Notes under the pieces: generated by a model
What the model saw: the letters and a program-made list of their open reading frames with translations, nothing else
The model's database searches: none
Told to the model about the DNA's origin: nothing
In this document: positions 12,757 to 27,620 of the stretch, in pieces
How the letters are laid out: each line of letters opens with the position of its first letter
Numbering within the stretch: the first letter of the stretch is position 1
Source: the human T2T-CHM13v2.0 reference genome, Homo sapiens
Strand: one strand, 5' to 3'
Assembly (NCBI RefSeq): GCF_009914755.1
Contig: NC_060932.1
DNA length: 64,000 nucleotides
Made by a program: the position numbers and the translations under genes

Positions 12757-15700
12757 CAGTTGACTCCTGAACAACACAGGAGTTAAAGACACCAACCCTC
12801 CTGAGCAGTCAAAAATCTATGTATAATTTTTGACTCTCCAAAAATTTAACTACTAACAGCCTGCTGTTGACTGGAAGTCTTACTAAGAACATTAAAAATC
12901 AATTAATACACATTTTGTATGTTATATGTATTATAAGCTGTATTATTATAATAAGCAAGCTAAAGGAATGAAATGTTATTAAGAAAATTATAAGGAAGAG
13001 AAAGTATACTTACTATTCATTTAGTGGAAATAGATCATCATAAAGGTCTTCATCCTTGTCACTATTGAATAGGTTGAGCAGGAGGAAGACGAGGAGTTGG
13101 TCTTGCTGTCTCAGGGGTGGCAGAGGTGAAAGAGGTGGAGGAGGTGAAAGGGGTGGTAGGAGAGGCAGGCATACTGATACAATTTTATGACATACATTGT
13201 AATTTCTGTCTGATTTTGTTTTTGTTTTTGTATTTCTCTGAAAATGTTTCTCTATGGTAGCAATTATTCTTCCACTATTTGCTTTAGTTTCATGCCTATA
13301 TCAAAAAAGGATTCATGTTGCAAAAGAAGTCAAAAGCAGCCTTGAATAATGGGAAACCCTCTGTCAGATTGTCTAACATAAATTTGCTTGCTGGCACTGC
13401 TTCTTCTACACCTTCTTCCTCATCATCTGGCACTGGTTTGAAGCACTTATTTCCATAAAATTTTCTTCTGTTAAACATTCTGGGGTGGTGACTGTTAGCT
13501 CTTGAATTTCCCCAAGTTTTATATCTTCAAACCCTTCACTCCTCACTTGTTTGCCATATCTACAATGTCTTTCGTAACTACCTTGATTGGCTCTGTTGTA
13601 AATTCTGTGAAGTCATGTACAATATCTGAAGAGTTTTCTCCTGTAAGAACTTATTGTTTGGGGCTTGATGCCTTTCATGGTCTCTTCTATAGCAATGATG
13701 ACATCTTCAATGGTGTAATCCTCCCAGACTTTCATGATGTTCTCTCTGTAGGGTTTCTCTTCCCAAACATTGGGAATCCTTCATGAAGAGTTCTAAGTTT
13801 AATGAGCCTTAAAGGTCCTATGACCCCCTAAGCTAGAAGCTGGATTAGAGATGTTGTGTTTAAGAGTGAATAGACCACTTTTATGCATTCCATGTTGAAC
13901 TCATGGGGTTCTGGGTGGCCAAGGAAATTGTACAATATGAAAAGAACTTTAAAAAGCAGTTTCTTACTGGAAGCATCTTCCTGATTTCAGGGGCAAAGAA
14001 TCAATTGAACCAATCCAGAAAAAGGGTTCTTGTTGTTCAGACCTTCTTTGTTGTACAACCAAAATACTGGTAGCAGGTGTTTATCTTTATCCTACAAAGC
14101 TCAGGGGTTATCAGCTTTAGAGATGTGGGTTGTACTGATCATAAACCTGAATGCATTGTATAAAACACTAAAGTTAGCCTGGTCTTTCCTGCCTTAAATC
14201 CTGCTGCTCACTTCTCTCCGTTACTAATAAATGTTCTTTGTGGCATTTTTTTCTAGAACAAGGCATTTTCATCTGCATTAAAAACCTGTTCAGGCAGATT
14301 CTTTTTCCTCAGTGATTGTCTCAATGGCATCTGGGAACCCATCTGCTTTCTTTTGCTTTTCAGTGGCTGCTTCTCCTGTTATTTTGGCATCTTTTAGCCA
14401 AACCCCTTTCTAAACTTATCAAGCCATCCTTTGCCGGCATTAAATTCTCCAGATTTAGATTCTTCACCTCCCTTTTGCTTTAATTTGTCATATAACTCAT
14501 ATAATGACTTCCCTTTTTTCAAAATCACTTGGCCACAACCACTACTAAGATCCCTTCCTCTGCTGCCTCCAAGTTGGAGAAGGAACATAAACACTGAGAT
14601 TATCCTAGCTGCAGTGGGCAGCCCAGGAGTGCCAAGCCATCGTCTACAGCCAGCACTCAATGGGGAGAGGAACCCACACTTTAAGAGCATGAAAAGGGAA
14701 CACAGTTGCAACTGTGAAGAAAAATAGGGGAACCACACAAACAAGCAGAGTCTACCAACTGACCAATAAGCCCAAGTGCTACCTACTGGATTATACCCCG
14801 AAGCTTCAACACCAAAAATACCTCACTAACATATACCCCTCTGAAACCAGAGACAAGAAGTCAGCTTCAAATAAAGATTGTGCAGATAGCCTCAGCCCGG
14901 TGAAGACATCCAGATAAAAAGTCTATTGACTGTAGTTAAAGGAAAACCCACACACACAGATGAGAAACAACCAATGCAAGAACTCTGTAACTCAAATGAC
15001 ATGAGTGTCGTATGTTGTCCAAACAACCACGCCAGTTTTTCAACAAGAGTTCTTAACTAGTCTGAGCTGGCTGAAATGACAGAAAAAAAATTCAGGATAT
15101 GGATAGAAATGAAAATCATTGAGATTCAGGATGATTGCAAAACCCAATCCAAGAAAACTAAGAATCACAATAAACTGATATAGGAGCTGAAGGATAAAAT
15201 AGCCAGTATAAAAAAGAACCTAACAGGTCTGACAGAGCTGAATAACACAATACAAGAATTTCACAATGTAATCCACAAGTCTTAACAGCAGAATAAACCA
15301 AGATGAGATTTTCAATCTCAGAACGTGAAGACTGGTTCTTTGAAATAAGACAGTCAGACAAAAATAAAGAAAAAAATAATTTTAAAAATTGAACAAAACC
15401 TCCAAGAAGTATGGGATTATGTAAAGAGGTCAAATCTGTTAATCATTGGAAATCCCTGAAAAGGGGGTCGGCGGGAGAAAGCAAACAACTTGGAGGATGT
15501 GATTGAGGATATTATCCATGAAAACTTTCTCAACCTTGCTAGAGAGGCCCACAGTCAAATTCAGGAAGTTCCAAAGCACATCATCAGATTTTGCAAGGTC
15601 AAAATGAAACAAAGAATGCTAAAGGAAGCTAGAGAGAAAAGGCAGGTTACTTACAAAGGGAACTCCATCAGACTAACAGCAGATCTCTCTACTGAAGCCC

Positions 15701-18700
15701 TACAAGCCAGAAGAGATTGGGAGCCTATAGTCAACATTCTTACAGAAAAAAAAAATCTTCAAACAAGAATTTCATATGCAGCCAAACTAAGTTTCCTAAG
15801 CAAAGGAGAAATAAGGTATCTTTCAGATAAGCAAATGTTGAGGGAGTTTGTTCCCCCAGACTGGCCCTACAAAAAGATCCTGAAAGGAGCACTAAATATA
15901 GAAAGGAAGGACTACTACCAGCTAATACAAAAATGCACTTAAACACACAGACTGGTGTCACCATAAAGCAACCACACAAACAAGGTAACATAATGACCAC
16001 CTAACAGCACATTGACAGAATCAAATCCACACATATCAATACTGACCTAGAATGTAAATGGGTTAAATGCCCCACTTAAAAGGCACGGAGTGGCAAGCTG
16101 GATTAAAAAAAGCAGCACCCAATAGTATGCTGTTTTCAAGAGACCCATCTCACGTAATGATGCCTATAGGCTCAAAATAAATGGATGGAGGAAAGTCTAC
16201 CAAGCAAATGGAAAACAATAAAAAAGGAAAGGTTGCAGTCATAATTTCTGACAAAACAGACCTCAAACAAACAAGGAACAAAAAACACAAAGAAGGTAGT
16301 GCATAATGGTAAAGGGTTCAATTCAACAAGAAGATCTAACTACCTTAAATATGTATGCACCCAACACAGGAACATTCAGATTCATAAAGCAAGTTCTTAG
16401 AAAGCCATAAAGAAACATAGACTCTCAAACAATAATAGTGGGAGACATCAACAATCCACAGATACCCTTAGACAGATCATTGAGGGAGAAAATTAACAAA
16501 GATATTCAGGAACTGAACTCAGCATTGGACCAAATGAATCTTATAGACCTTTACAGAACTCTCCACCCAAAAACAGCATTCTTCCCATTGTCACGTACTC
16601 TAAAATTGACCACATAATTGGACATAAAACAATCCTCAGCAAACACAAAAGAACTGAAATTATAACAAGCACACTCTTCAACCACAGGTTAATAAAAATG
16701 GAAGTCAAGACTAAGAGAATCACTCAAAACCATGCAATTGCATCAAAATTAAACAACATGCTCCTGAATGAATTTTGGGCAAAAAATAAAATTAAGGCAG
16801 GCATCAAGAAGTTCTTTGAAACTAATAAGAACAAAGATACAATGTACCAGAATCTCTGGGACACAGCTAAGGCAGTGTTAAGAGGGAAATTTATAGCACT
16901 AAATCATCAAAAAGGTAGAAATGCCTCAAATTAACCATGTAATATCACAACTGAAAGAACTGGAGAAACAAGAACAAATCAATCTCAAATCTAGCAGAAG
17001 ACAAGAAACAACAAAAATCAGAGCTGAACTGAAGGAAGCTGAGACACAAAAATCCAGGAGTTGGTTTTTGGAAAAAATTAATAATATAGAGAGAATGCTT
17101 GCTAGATTAATAAAGAAGAAAAGAGAGAAGATTGAAACAAACACAATTAGAAATAATAAAGTGAATATTACCACTGATCCCACAGGAAAAAAAATCAGAA
17201 ACTACTATGAACGCCTCTATGCACACAAACTAGAAAACCTAGAAGAGATGGATAAATTCCTGGACACATACACCCTCCCAAGACTGAACAAGGAAGAAAT
17301 TGAATCCCTGAAAAGACCAATAACAAACTCCAAAATTGAATCAGTATTATAATAAATAGCCTGCCAACCAATAGAAGCCCAGTACTTGATGGATTCACAG
17401 CCAAACTATACCAGTTGTGTGAAAAGGAGCTGGTACCATTCCTATTGAAACTATTCCAACAAATTCAGGTGGAGGGCATCCTCCCCAGCCCATTCTATGA
17501 GGCTGGCATTATCCTTATACCAAAACCTGGCAGAGACACAACAAAAAAAGAAAACTCCTGGCCAAAATCCTTGATGAACGTCAATGCAAAAATCCTGAAC
17601 AAAATACTTGCAAACTGAATTCAGCAGTACATCAAAAAGCTTATCCACCACATTCAAGTAGGCTTCATCTCTAGCATGCAAGGTTGACTCAACATATGCA
17701 AATCAATAAATGTGATTCATCACATAAACATAACTAAAGACAAAATCCACATGATTATCTCAATAGACATAGAAAGGGCTTTTGACAAAATTCAACATCG
17801 CTTCATGTTAAAAAGTCTCAATAAATCAGATATTGAAGGAATATGTTTCAAAATAATAAAAGCCATCTATGAGAAACTCACAGCCAACATTATATTGAAT
17901 GGACAAAAGCTGGAATCATCCCCCTTGAAAACTGGCACAAGACAAGGATGCCCTCTCTCACCACTTCTATTTAACCTAGTGTTGGAAGTCCTAGCCAGAG
18001 CAATAAGCAAGAGAAAGAAATAAAAGCATTTAAATAGGAAGCAAGGAAGTCAAACTATCCGTGTTTGATTCTATATCTAGAAAACACTATAGTCTCAACA
18101 CAAAAGCTCTTTCAGCTGATAAACAACTTCAGCAAACTTTCAGGATACAAAATCAATCTACAGCAATTACTAACATTCCTATACACAAACAACAGCCAAG
18201 CTAAGAGTCAAATCAGAAAGGCAATCCCATTCACAACTGCCACAAAAAGAATAAAATACCTAGGAATACAGCTAACCAGGGAGGTGAAAGATCTCTACAA
18301 TGAGAATTACAAAATACTGCTCAAAGAAGTCAGAAAAGACAGAAATGGCCAAAAAATCCCATGCACATGGATAGGAAGAATCGATATCGTGAAAATGGCC
18401 ATACTACCCAAAGCAAATTATAGATTCAATGCTATTCCTATCCAACTACCAATGACATTCTTCACAGAACTGGAAAAACTATTTTAAATTCACAAGTAAC
18501 CAAAAAAGAGCCCAAATAGCATTGGTAATCCTAAGCAAAAAGAGTAAATCTGGAGGCATCATGTTACCAGGCTTCAAACTATACCACAAGGATATGGTAA
18601 CCAAAACAGCATGGTACTCATAAAAAAACAGGCACATAGACCAATGGAACACAATAGAAAGTCCAGAAATAAGGCCACACACCTATGACTATCTGCTCTT

Positions 18701-20478
18701 CAACAAACCTGACAAAAACGAGCAACAGGAAAAAGACTCCCAATGCAATAAGTGATCCTGGGATGACTGGCTAGCCATATGCAGAGGATTGATTCTGGAC
18801 TCCTTCCTCACAACATATACAAAAATCAATTTAAATGAATTAAAGACTTAAATGTCAAACCCCAAACCATAAAAACCCTAGAAGACAACCTAGGCAGTAC
18901 CATCCTGGACATAGGAATGGGCAAAAATTTCATAACAAAGACACAAAAAGGAATCACAACAAAAGCAAAAATTGACAAGTGGGATCTGATTAAACTTTAG
19001 AGCTTCTGCACAGCAAAAGAAACTATCAACAGACTAAATAGATGACATACAGAATGAGAATAAATTTTTGCAAACTATGCATCTGACAAAGGTCTAATAT
19101 CCTGCACCTATTAGAAATTTTAAAAAAATTTACAAGAGAAAACCAAACAACCCCATTAAAAAGTGTGCAAAGAACATGAACAGGCACTGTTCAAAAGAAG
19201 ACATACATGCAGGCAACAAGCAGATGGAAAAAAGACTCAATATAACTAATCATTAGAGAAAAGCAAATTAAAAACCACAGTGAGATACCATCTCACACCA
19301 GTCACAAAGGCTATTATTAAAAAGTCCAAAAATAATAGATGATGGCAAGATTGCAGAGAAAAGGAAACACTTACACTCTGTTGGTGGGAGTGTAAATTAG
19401 TTCAATCATGGTGGAAAGCAGTATGATGATTCCTCAAAGAACTAAAAGCAGAACTATCATCCACCCCAGCATCCCATTACTGGTTATGTACTCACAGGAA
19501 TATACATCATTCTACCATAAAGACACGTGCACATGAATATTTACTGCAGCACTATTCACAATAGCAAAGACACGGAATCAATCTAAATGCCCTTCAATGA
19601 CAGATTGGATAAAGAAAATGTGGTACATATACACTATGGAATACTAGGCAGCCAATAAAAAGAACAAGATATTGTCTTTTGAAGGAGCATGGATGGAACT
19701 GGAGGCTATCATCCTTAGCAAACTAACAGAGGAACAGAAAAACCAAACACCACATGTTCTCACTTATAAGTGGAAGCTAAATGATGAGAACTTATGAACA
19801 CAAAGAAGGAAACAACAGACACTGGGATCTACTTGAGGGGAGAGGTTGGGAGGAGGGAGAGGAGCAGAAAAGAGAACTATTGGGTACTGGGCTTAATACT
19901 TGTGTTATGAAATAATCTGTTCCTCAGTCTCCCATGACACAAGTTTATCTATGTAACAAACCTTCACATGTACCCCCAAACCTAAAATAAAAGTAAAAAA
20001 AAATGTATTTTGCAAAAAGTGCAAAGTTTCTTTGCTTGCTAGTGGAGCTACATTGATGGCTTCGTGAATTTCATTTTTTTGTTTGTTTGTTTGTTTTACC
20101 ATGGTCTTTGTGCTGGGTTCATTGATCTGGAAATGATGGGCAACTGCAGCTGCAGACCTCAATCTGTAGTACATATCAAGCAATACAATTTTTTCTTCCA
20201 ATGTCATGACTTTGCTTTTTAAGAGCACTTCCAGTATCACTAGTGGCTCTTCATATGGGCCCCATGGTGTTATTCAAGGTTTACAATATTGCACAAGCAT
20301 GATGAAAAATACACAAGAACCACAAGAGATCACTTTTGACTATGATATGTAATTTACTGGAGAGACAAACTGCCACTGCAGAGATGATTAACATAACGTG
20401 ACATTTTAAGTGAATGCTTACAATGCTTGAGCTCAGGTCAATAGCAACAGGAGATGGCTATGAAGTCATTACAGTAGT
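12757..20478 (-). mobile_element. Tigger2 DNA transposon copy 1 (5' end missing), split by an L1 at 14530-20002
   Basis: TIR 'cagttgactcctgaacaac'; pogo-like transposase peptides 'GEFNAGKGWLDKFRK', 'KVMTLEEKIVLLDMYYRLRSAAAVAHHF', 'PVPDDEEEGVEEAVP'. Confidence 0.9.
14530..20002 (+). mobile_element. Near full-length old primate L1 (L1PA11-13-like), 5'UTR truncated, ORFs disrupted
   Basis: ORF1/ORF2 fragments in ORF track (15490-18487); 3'UTR 'gagaggagcagaaaagagaactattgggtactgggc' and A-rich tail. Confidence 0.9.
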
Positions 20479-21740
20479 ATGAAGAAAGAGAGAGAAAGAG
20501 CAAGAAAATGTTCCAAAAAATCAATAACTGGTGAATCTTAGTAAAGTTAATGGGTGTTTATTTCACTATTCTTGCCATTTTTCTATAGGTTTGAAAATTT
20601 TAAAATTAAATATTGAGAAAAAACCATTAATGCCAGACTAAATTCCTGGAAAAAAAAAAACAGATCTAAGGCAGTAATGAGTTGAGTAACTCTCTTGAAA
20701 ACAAATATTTGCTGATCATGGTGAAAGATGTGCAATGGACCCTTGAGAATTGGAATTTACTTACCTACACTTTTGTCATGGTAAGAAATTTATAGGCGTA
20801 AGAAATTTACCACTAACCCTAGATAAAGTGTAGTCATCTATAAATGCAGTAGCCATATCAATAATAGCCTAGATATATTTGTTCTTTCTTTTGACTAAAA
20901 TTATCCAAAACACTAGAGCTTTATAACCAACACAGAGATAGTTTCAAAGCATTAGTCATCAAAGATAGCTTCGATTTTGCAGAAAGACCACAGTCTTAAA
21001 GAATTTCCATTGCTAAATCTTTTAAGAAAAGTATAATTGCATCTAAAATCAGATTTGTGCCACTTCTTAATCCAATAAAGGCTTATATTCTTACTTTGAA
21101 TTTTAGTAGTAATTTCTTCAGTGTTGCTCAAATGCTCAACAAACAAATCTATCTCACATGTTCATTTCCAAGAAGTGATCAGATTATCTATACCATTCAC
21201 TTTGCAACTAATTGTGTAGATTTATTTCTTTCTTGTTACATTGAACTGTCACTTCCTGTCTTGGACCATGACAATATTTTTATGTTGTGTTGGTCCTCCA
21301 TGTCTACAGTGTACTCCTTAAGATCATGGACCATGCCTTATATATTTTTTAATTTCCCAGTAATTTCCATATGACTGACCTTTAAAAAAAACTTGCTAAT
21401 TGATTAGAAATTATAATTTCACCTTTATAACTTTGTGAAATATTCGTCAGAGCAGCACCAGATAACATGTCCATTTTTACAAAGCTGTCATGCTATGTTT
21501 TAATAACATTGCTATTAAAATATTTCTTTTTCAAAATTTAAGGTTATAAAAAGGAAACCTGACTTTTCTTATGTTATAGTTATTTTTATTCAAAAAATAA
21601 CACTCCAGAAAAGGAACATATAGGAATTGTATCTATTAGGAAATAAGATATCCCAGAGTAGCATAGTATATCACATTTTCTTTAAAACAGAAACAAAACA
21701 GCTAATGAAAAAAGAAAACCCCTGTAGTAAAACTGTACAA

Positions 21741-22334
21741 TGTACTGACACCCAGAGTTCTTGGTCTCACGGCCAAGAAAATCAAGGATGCAAACACACC
21801 AAGGTTGAGGTTTAGAGCAGAAATTTAATAGGAGAAAGAAAGAGAACAGCTCTCTGCTACAGAGAGGGTCCCAGAAAAAGGGTTGCTGTCCCACAGTGAA
21901 ATGCAAGGGTCTTTATAGACCAGCTAGTGGGAACCAGTATCTGATCTATATAGGGTACAAAAAACTGGTTAGGACCAGGTGTGTTATCTGCATAGAGTGA
22001 GAATCTCTGGCAGTCCCCACCCCAATCTTTTATTATGCAGGCAGGTCCTCAGCCGGAGCTACTCCATGTTGCTTATTTATTTCTTACTGTGCATGTGCTA
22101 AAAAAAAGGGAGTGGACCTGCCTGGCCCTAGACATCCCTTTCTATCTGTCTGCTGCAGGCATCCCCCATTGAAAACTTCCAGCTTCCTTATCTATGTTTG
22201 CAGCCTGATTCCCCAGGTTGCTCTTTGTTAGAAAAGGAGTGATTTCTTGGGTTGCTTTTTGTTTGAAGAAAAGTTCTGCTGAGGACTCTGCCCTCACTAT
22301 CTGCTTAAATATCTTCTTTCTACCTCCTGTATCA
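21741..22334 (-). mobile_element. ERV1-class solo LTR (MER50/MER87-like; family unresolved)
   Basis: TG...CA termini; minus strand starts TGATACAGGAGGTAGAAAG; ATTAAA near U5; ~590 bp. Confidence 0.7.
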
Positions 22335-23729
22335 ATACTACAATAAAACTCTACTCTCAAAATCTGCATTTGGAATAAAAAATAAAAGCAACTGAAAACA
22401 AACTATTGTTATATAAACAATAGTATATATAACAGAAAAAAGTTAACTATTGTTAAAAAATATATAAACTAAAAGGAAAGGGTTGGGGGACCCCTTTGCA
22501 GACTCTTAAGGGGTCTCTGAGGCCACACACAGACAGTAAACTGAACTTTGGAGAAGAATTTCACTGTGTAGTCACATATTCAGCCTTATGACCACACTTG
22601 TCTTACACTATTAGCTAGTACTCTGTAGTTGGTTTTACCAGCTGGTAGTGATTGTTTATTAGCCTAGGAGGCATAAACATCAATGGGAAAAGTTGTCATG
22701 AAAATAAAAATCTCAGAATCCATTATACAAATTAAAGGAAATAATCTATTAAATATTGATCATGATTTTTAAAAATTCATCTGTCCTCCTCCATTTTTTA
22801 ATTTTTCCCCACCCTAATTTGACCAAAAGATCCCAGGGCCACAACTGTGCTTGGGCCAATGAATAGAAATAACCAACTGGTTGTCTGCAGTCAATACTGC
22901 TAGTTACCTCTGAATGAGACCACTATTCATGATCTACTGACTTCTTGTCTATCTACACTGAGATTTCATGGTCTCTCTCAGAGTCAAGCTAATCATTTGC
23001 CTTCTTTTACTACCAACCAGCCTCAAGTTAAGGGTCCTTCTGCCTTTGAGTCATCATTTCTCAGCCAGGATGCTGCGGTATTTGCTGCCCAATCAAGATT
23101 GCTATAAGGTGATGTTCTGGAGCCTAATTGCAGGAAGAAGAGAGGACATTTGCTCTAGGCAGACAAAAAAGTTGAGTCTGAAGACACTTTGCTAGTAGAG
23201 AGGAAGGGTGTACTGGATGGAAAATAAAGTTGGTCACCTTCTTGAGCTGAAGCACTCAGATACCAAGCTTGGGATCCCGAGAGGTGAAAGAATTCTTAGA
23301 TTGCCTGTAGATACTAAATCTTTAGAGCAGACATTGTACCTTGTATACCGGTGCATCCCTCCCATAAGATGGGTGCTTTGTTGTGAGTCAATATATTTTC
23401 CCATGAAGGCGGTCATTGTAAGATAGATTGTCTGATGTAAAATGTACACCTGGATGCCTCCATAGAGAAACCATCGCTCTTCTAGCAACTTCGTATATGT
23501 GTCAGGTTAAATGAAGTCATACTTTAGATGAAAAGCCCATGCTCTACCCCAAGCTCACTGGCCCGCATCTAGGCCCAGGGAAGCTGGCTAAGAGCACAGC
23601 TCTGGATAGTGGGTAGAAAGAGGAGCTAGAGAATGTTCTGGGTGGAAGTCATGGGGACGTCAGACAGAAAATACATTCCCCAAGATGGTGACAGGACCAA
23701 GTGCCTGGATGGCATGGATTGTGATGTGA

Positions 23730-23945
23730 AGAGCGGGGTCTGGAGTCAGACTGTGCACAGGTTTTACCACTTGGTGGTTGGGACTCTGGGCGAATTCCTT
23801 AATTTTTCGAGCCTCAGCTTCCTTGTTTTGAAAATGCACATTAGGCTCTGTTGGCATGTTCCCTGAAGCACTCATACAGATATCCATGAAGAGTGCTTAG
23901 CACAGTGCCTAGCATGTGGTAGATGTCCTGGAAGTGCTAATCACT
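23730..23945 (+). mobile_element. MIR SINE
   Basis: 'ggtctggagtcagac...gcctcagcttccttgttttgaaaatg...gtgcttagcacagtgcctagcatg'. Confidence 0.75.
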
Positions 23946-26159
23946 ATGATTAAGGCACTATTTTGGTTAAGGAAACTGGAATCAAGAGCAACTAAAGGCG
24001 TAAGTATGAAGGTAGCAACATGGACTATAGTGGAGGCATGGGAATATCTGAGTGGGGGAATGTGTTGAAGCCATTGTTTAGAAATACAGGACCGAATAAC
24101 ATGCTGGGTATATAATAGTCTACAAGGCTGAGCATTTCCTCCTTCTAGCTTGATAACTGGCATGAGATTCAATGCCATATGGAGAACCTAATAAATATAA
24201 AGCCCCAAACAAGTTATACTCTACCATTCAATCTAAAGAAAAGACTATCATGTTCAATCATCTGAAACCATACCACATAACTATGTCTAGCAGCACTGTT
24301 TCTCCATCGTGTGGGAGAATCCATTTCCAATCTAATGCAGTGCAGCAAGTTCTGGAACATGTATACAAAGAGTCTTTGTAAGAGAGTAATTCAATAATTA
24401 ATAATAAATTTGCATTTAAAATTATTTCAATAAATGATTTATTTCACGGAGTAAGTGGGAAACAAATTTGTTCTACTTTAAGACACTAGTATTGTTACCA
24501 TTTTTAAAAAACAATTTGGTCTAAATAGCAAAATTAATAGGATAATTCATTTTCTTCTTGAGAATCAGTTGTAAATGAAGGTTACTAAGAGAATACTATA
24601 TTTAAAAACTATTCACATAATCTTTAGATTTTAGTGATTTTTACGTCTCTCCCACTCCTTGCCTTGCTGTGTTTCAAAATAATATGGGATTTTTAATAAA
24701 ATAAATAGTACTTGCTTATTATTTTTAATTTATTTTAAATTCTCAATTAGAAAATATGTATGTATTAATTCTGGATGCTCCTGGGAGTTTAAAGTTAATA
24801 AATGGTTTATGTGTTTTTATTATCATGAGCTTTGAGCTTTTAACTACTGGTAACATCAGAGAAGTTTAATAATCCCATAGTTTTATTACCTTATAGATAG
24901 AATTTGGTTTCTTTTTTGTTTATAATTTCCTCCTGGCTGTTTAATATTAAAAGAGAACACATTTATTATTTTGAACTAGGTATATAATAGTATATTTAAA
25001 CTGAGTGAATAAAGAATTTAGTAAACATGTACTAATGCTTTTTCATAATGCCCCCTCTGCCATCAAATTTTTGTTACATTTTTTTTATTAAGTTTGAGAA
25101 CACAAATGTATATCATGTCAATATCTTAAAGATTTTAAATTTTTCTTTACACATTTTCTAGTACTTTTTTGTAGCTTATGATTTGGGGATAGAGTACATT
25201 TTTAGTGATAACATATTCAGTCAGTACTTTATGCACAAATAAGTGGAAACCACTTATTCTGAAAACAATTGATAGCATATCTCTTGGTAACAGTGATAAA
25301 AACTGGTTAAGAAAGGAGATCCAACCTGAGAAGTAGGGATGATATGCAGGGAAGAGAGGTCCTAAATGGATTTGACTACAAGGATATTTAGGGGATTTGA
25401 ATAGAACTGTCAAAAAAATAGAGGATCTAGTCTTTACCCAAGAGGAAAACTAGTAAAATTCCAATAATCAAAGAAGGTTTTCCAGGTATTTGCAAAATTA
25501 GCACCATGGAAAATGGTGAATCATTTCTTATGATGTTTCATAAATAACAGTTTTTCAATAAACCTCTGAAGCTAATTATTATTTTCTTAGCACATTGATG
25601 TGGGTGGAATTCTTCCAAAACAGTGTTGTAAACATAAATGTTATAAACTGCTTCATAATTTACCAATTACACCTATCATGTTTCATTAGTACATTTTATT
25701 ACTTTGGGCAGAGATCATACATTGCTGATGTGGATGCATATTGAAGAGTTCAGGCCCCAATAATCATTCTATTTTGTAGAAATGAAATTAAGACAGAATT
25801 CAGATGTCATGCTTTAAGTGTCAAACAGTTATTTCCATAATATCAATCAACATGAATCAAGGTCTTCTAATGTCATTAATACGGTCTGTTATACCTCAGG
25901 AGAATACTGAAAGCAAGAAATGAGGAACATATTTTTGCTTCACATGTTTAGTTTTTGCTTACATAAGAACAATAGCATGTGTTGATGGATAGACTATATC
26001 ATTTTAGTTTTGGAGTTAAACACTTTAGGCTACTAAGATATTCCTTAAAATAAATAAGTTTAAGCCAACAAATGAGGCATAATGATCATAATTCACTGGC
26101 TGCAGAACTTAATCATAGTGGAAAATATTATTTATTGAGTGTCTGTTATGTATTAGAGC

Positions 26160-26897
26160 ACCACTGTTCAATAGAAATACAGTTCACCCTTGAACAAAAC
26201 AAAGGTCAGGGGAGCTGACCCCAGCACAATAAAAAATCTACATATAACTTTTCACTCCCCAAAAACTTAACTACTACTAAACTATTGTGGAATAGAAGTC
26301 TTACACCTTACCAATAACATAAACAGTCAATTAACACATATTTTATATGTTGTATATTTTATATATTATATTCTTCCAATAAAGTAAGCTAGAGAAAACA
26401 AAATTGTATTAAGACAATCATAAGGAAAATAAAATATATTTACTATTCATTAAGTGGACAAGTTTATCTTTGTTGTCTTCACACTGAGTGAGCTGAGGAG
26501 GAAGAAGAGGAGTCTAAGGGGTGGCAGAGGCAGAAGAAAATTCATGTATAAGTGGTCCCACACAGCTCCAATCCATGTTAAGGGTCAACTGTATAATGTT
26601 TGCCATAATGCAAGCTACATATATAATTTTAAATTTTCTAGAAGCCACCTTATAAGAAAGTAAACAGAAAAAAGAGACTAAAAATGTAAGCTTACTATAT
26701 CCACGATATCACCGTTTGCATATGTAATCAACATTAACAATTATTAATGAGATATTTTGTATTCTATTTTTTGTTTTGAGTCTTCTAAATCCATTGTACA
26801 TTTTATACTTACAGTTCATTTCCATTTATACTAACTCCCTTCGAAATACTCTGTTGTCGGTGCATGCGGCTAGGGCACACTGTATTGAACAATGGCG
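26160..26897 (+). mobile_element. MER33 (Charlie-type MITE) split by Tigger2a
   Basis: 'cactgttcaatagaaata|...taattttaaattttctagaagccac...gtattgaacaatggcg'. Confidence 0.75.
26180..26591. mobile_element. Tigger2a/MER28-type non-autonomous element
   Basis: TIRs 'cagttcacccttgaac' and 'gttaagggtcaactg' with TA duplication. Confidence 0.85.
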
Positions 26898-27409
26898 TGT
26901 TAGACACTTGGCTAGTAAGTCCTTTACAAGACTTACTTAATTTGGGTTCTCATAACTACCTGATGAGGTAGGTATCACAATTACTCTAAATTAGTGATGA
27001 AAAAGTGGGGGTTGGATAATTTTTTAAGCTCCATACCTTATAAGTCACAGAATTAGTCGATAACTCCAGAGAGGTTGACTTCATCACTAGGCTAACATCA
27101 AAGTGAATGACTAGGTGCCAGTTATGTTAGGAAAATTGATAAATATGTTATGGAAGATCAGAGACAATAGAAATCCAGGGACCAGTTACAAGAGTTTGTC
27201 AAAGAGGCATAACTGGCTATTATCTTTGTATAAGGATTTCATCCAGGGGCAAGATGAGTCAACATGGGCTCAGTCCTAATGCTGACAGTTCAATTTAAAA
27301 TAAGCCAACTGCATGTACCCCAGAACCTTAGAACTTCTCCCCAGATTACATACTGTGATTGGGCCTGATCTTCCTGACATTTATGGGATGCAGAGAACAA
27401 AAAAAGACT

Positions 27410-27620
27410 AAATTTGAGACTCAGCAGTTTTGGAATCAAATCCCATCTCTCTCATTTCTTCACTGTACAGCCTGAGGCAAGTGGTATATCCTTTCTGAGA
27501 CTTCAGTTTATTCAGCTTTAAAAAGAGCTTTCAAAATACACTTCTCATAGGATGGTAGCGTGGATTGAAATATGTAAAAACCATAATGTAGTCCATACAA
27601 TATAGTAGACGTTAAGCATT
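27410..27620 (+). mobile_element. MIR SINE
   Basis: 'ggaatcaaatcccatctct...gcctgaggcaagt...ctgagacttcagtt' degenerate MIR core. Confidence 0.6.

Noticed and set aside
23208-23488. Overlapping short ORFs in unique sequence
   Set aside because: No recognisable domain or convincing splice sites; lengths expected by chance.
24280-24312. Ras-like peptide 'DGETVLLDI' on the minus strand
   Set aside because: No flanking GTPase motifs; probably coincidental.
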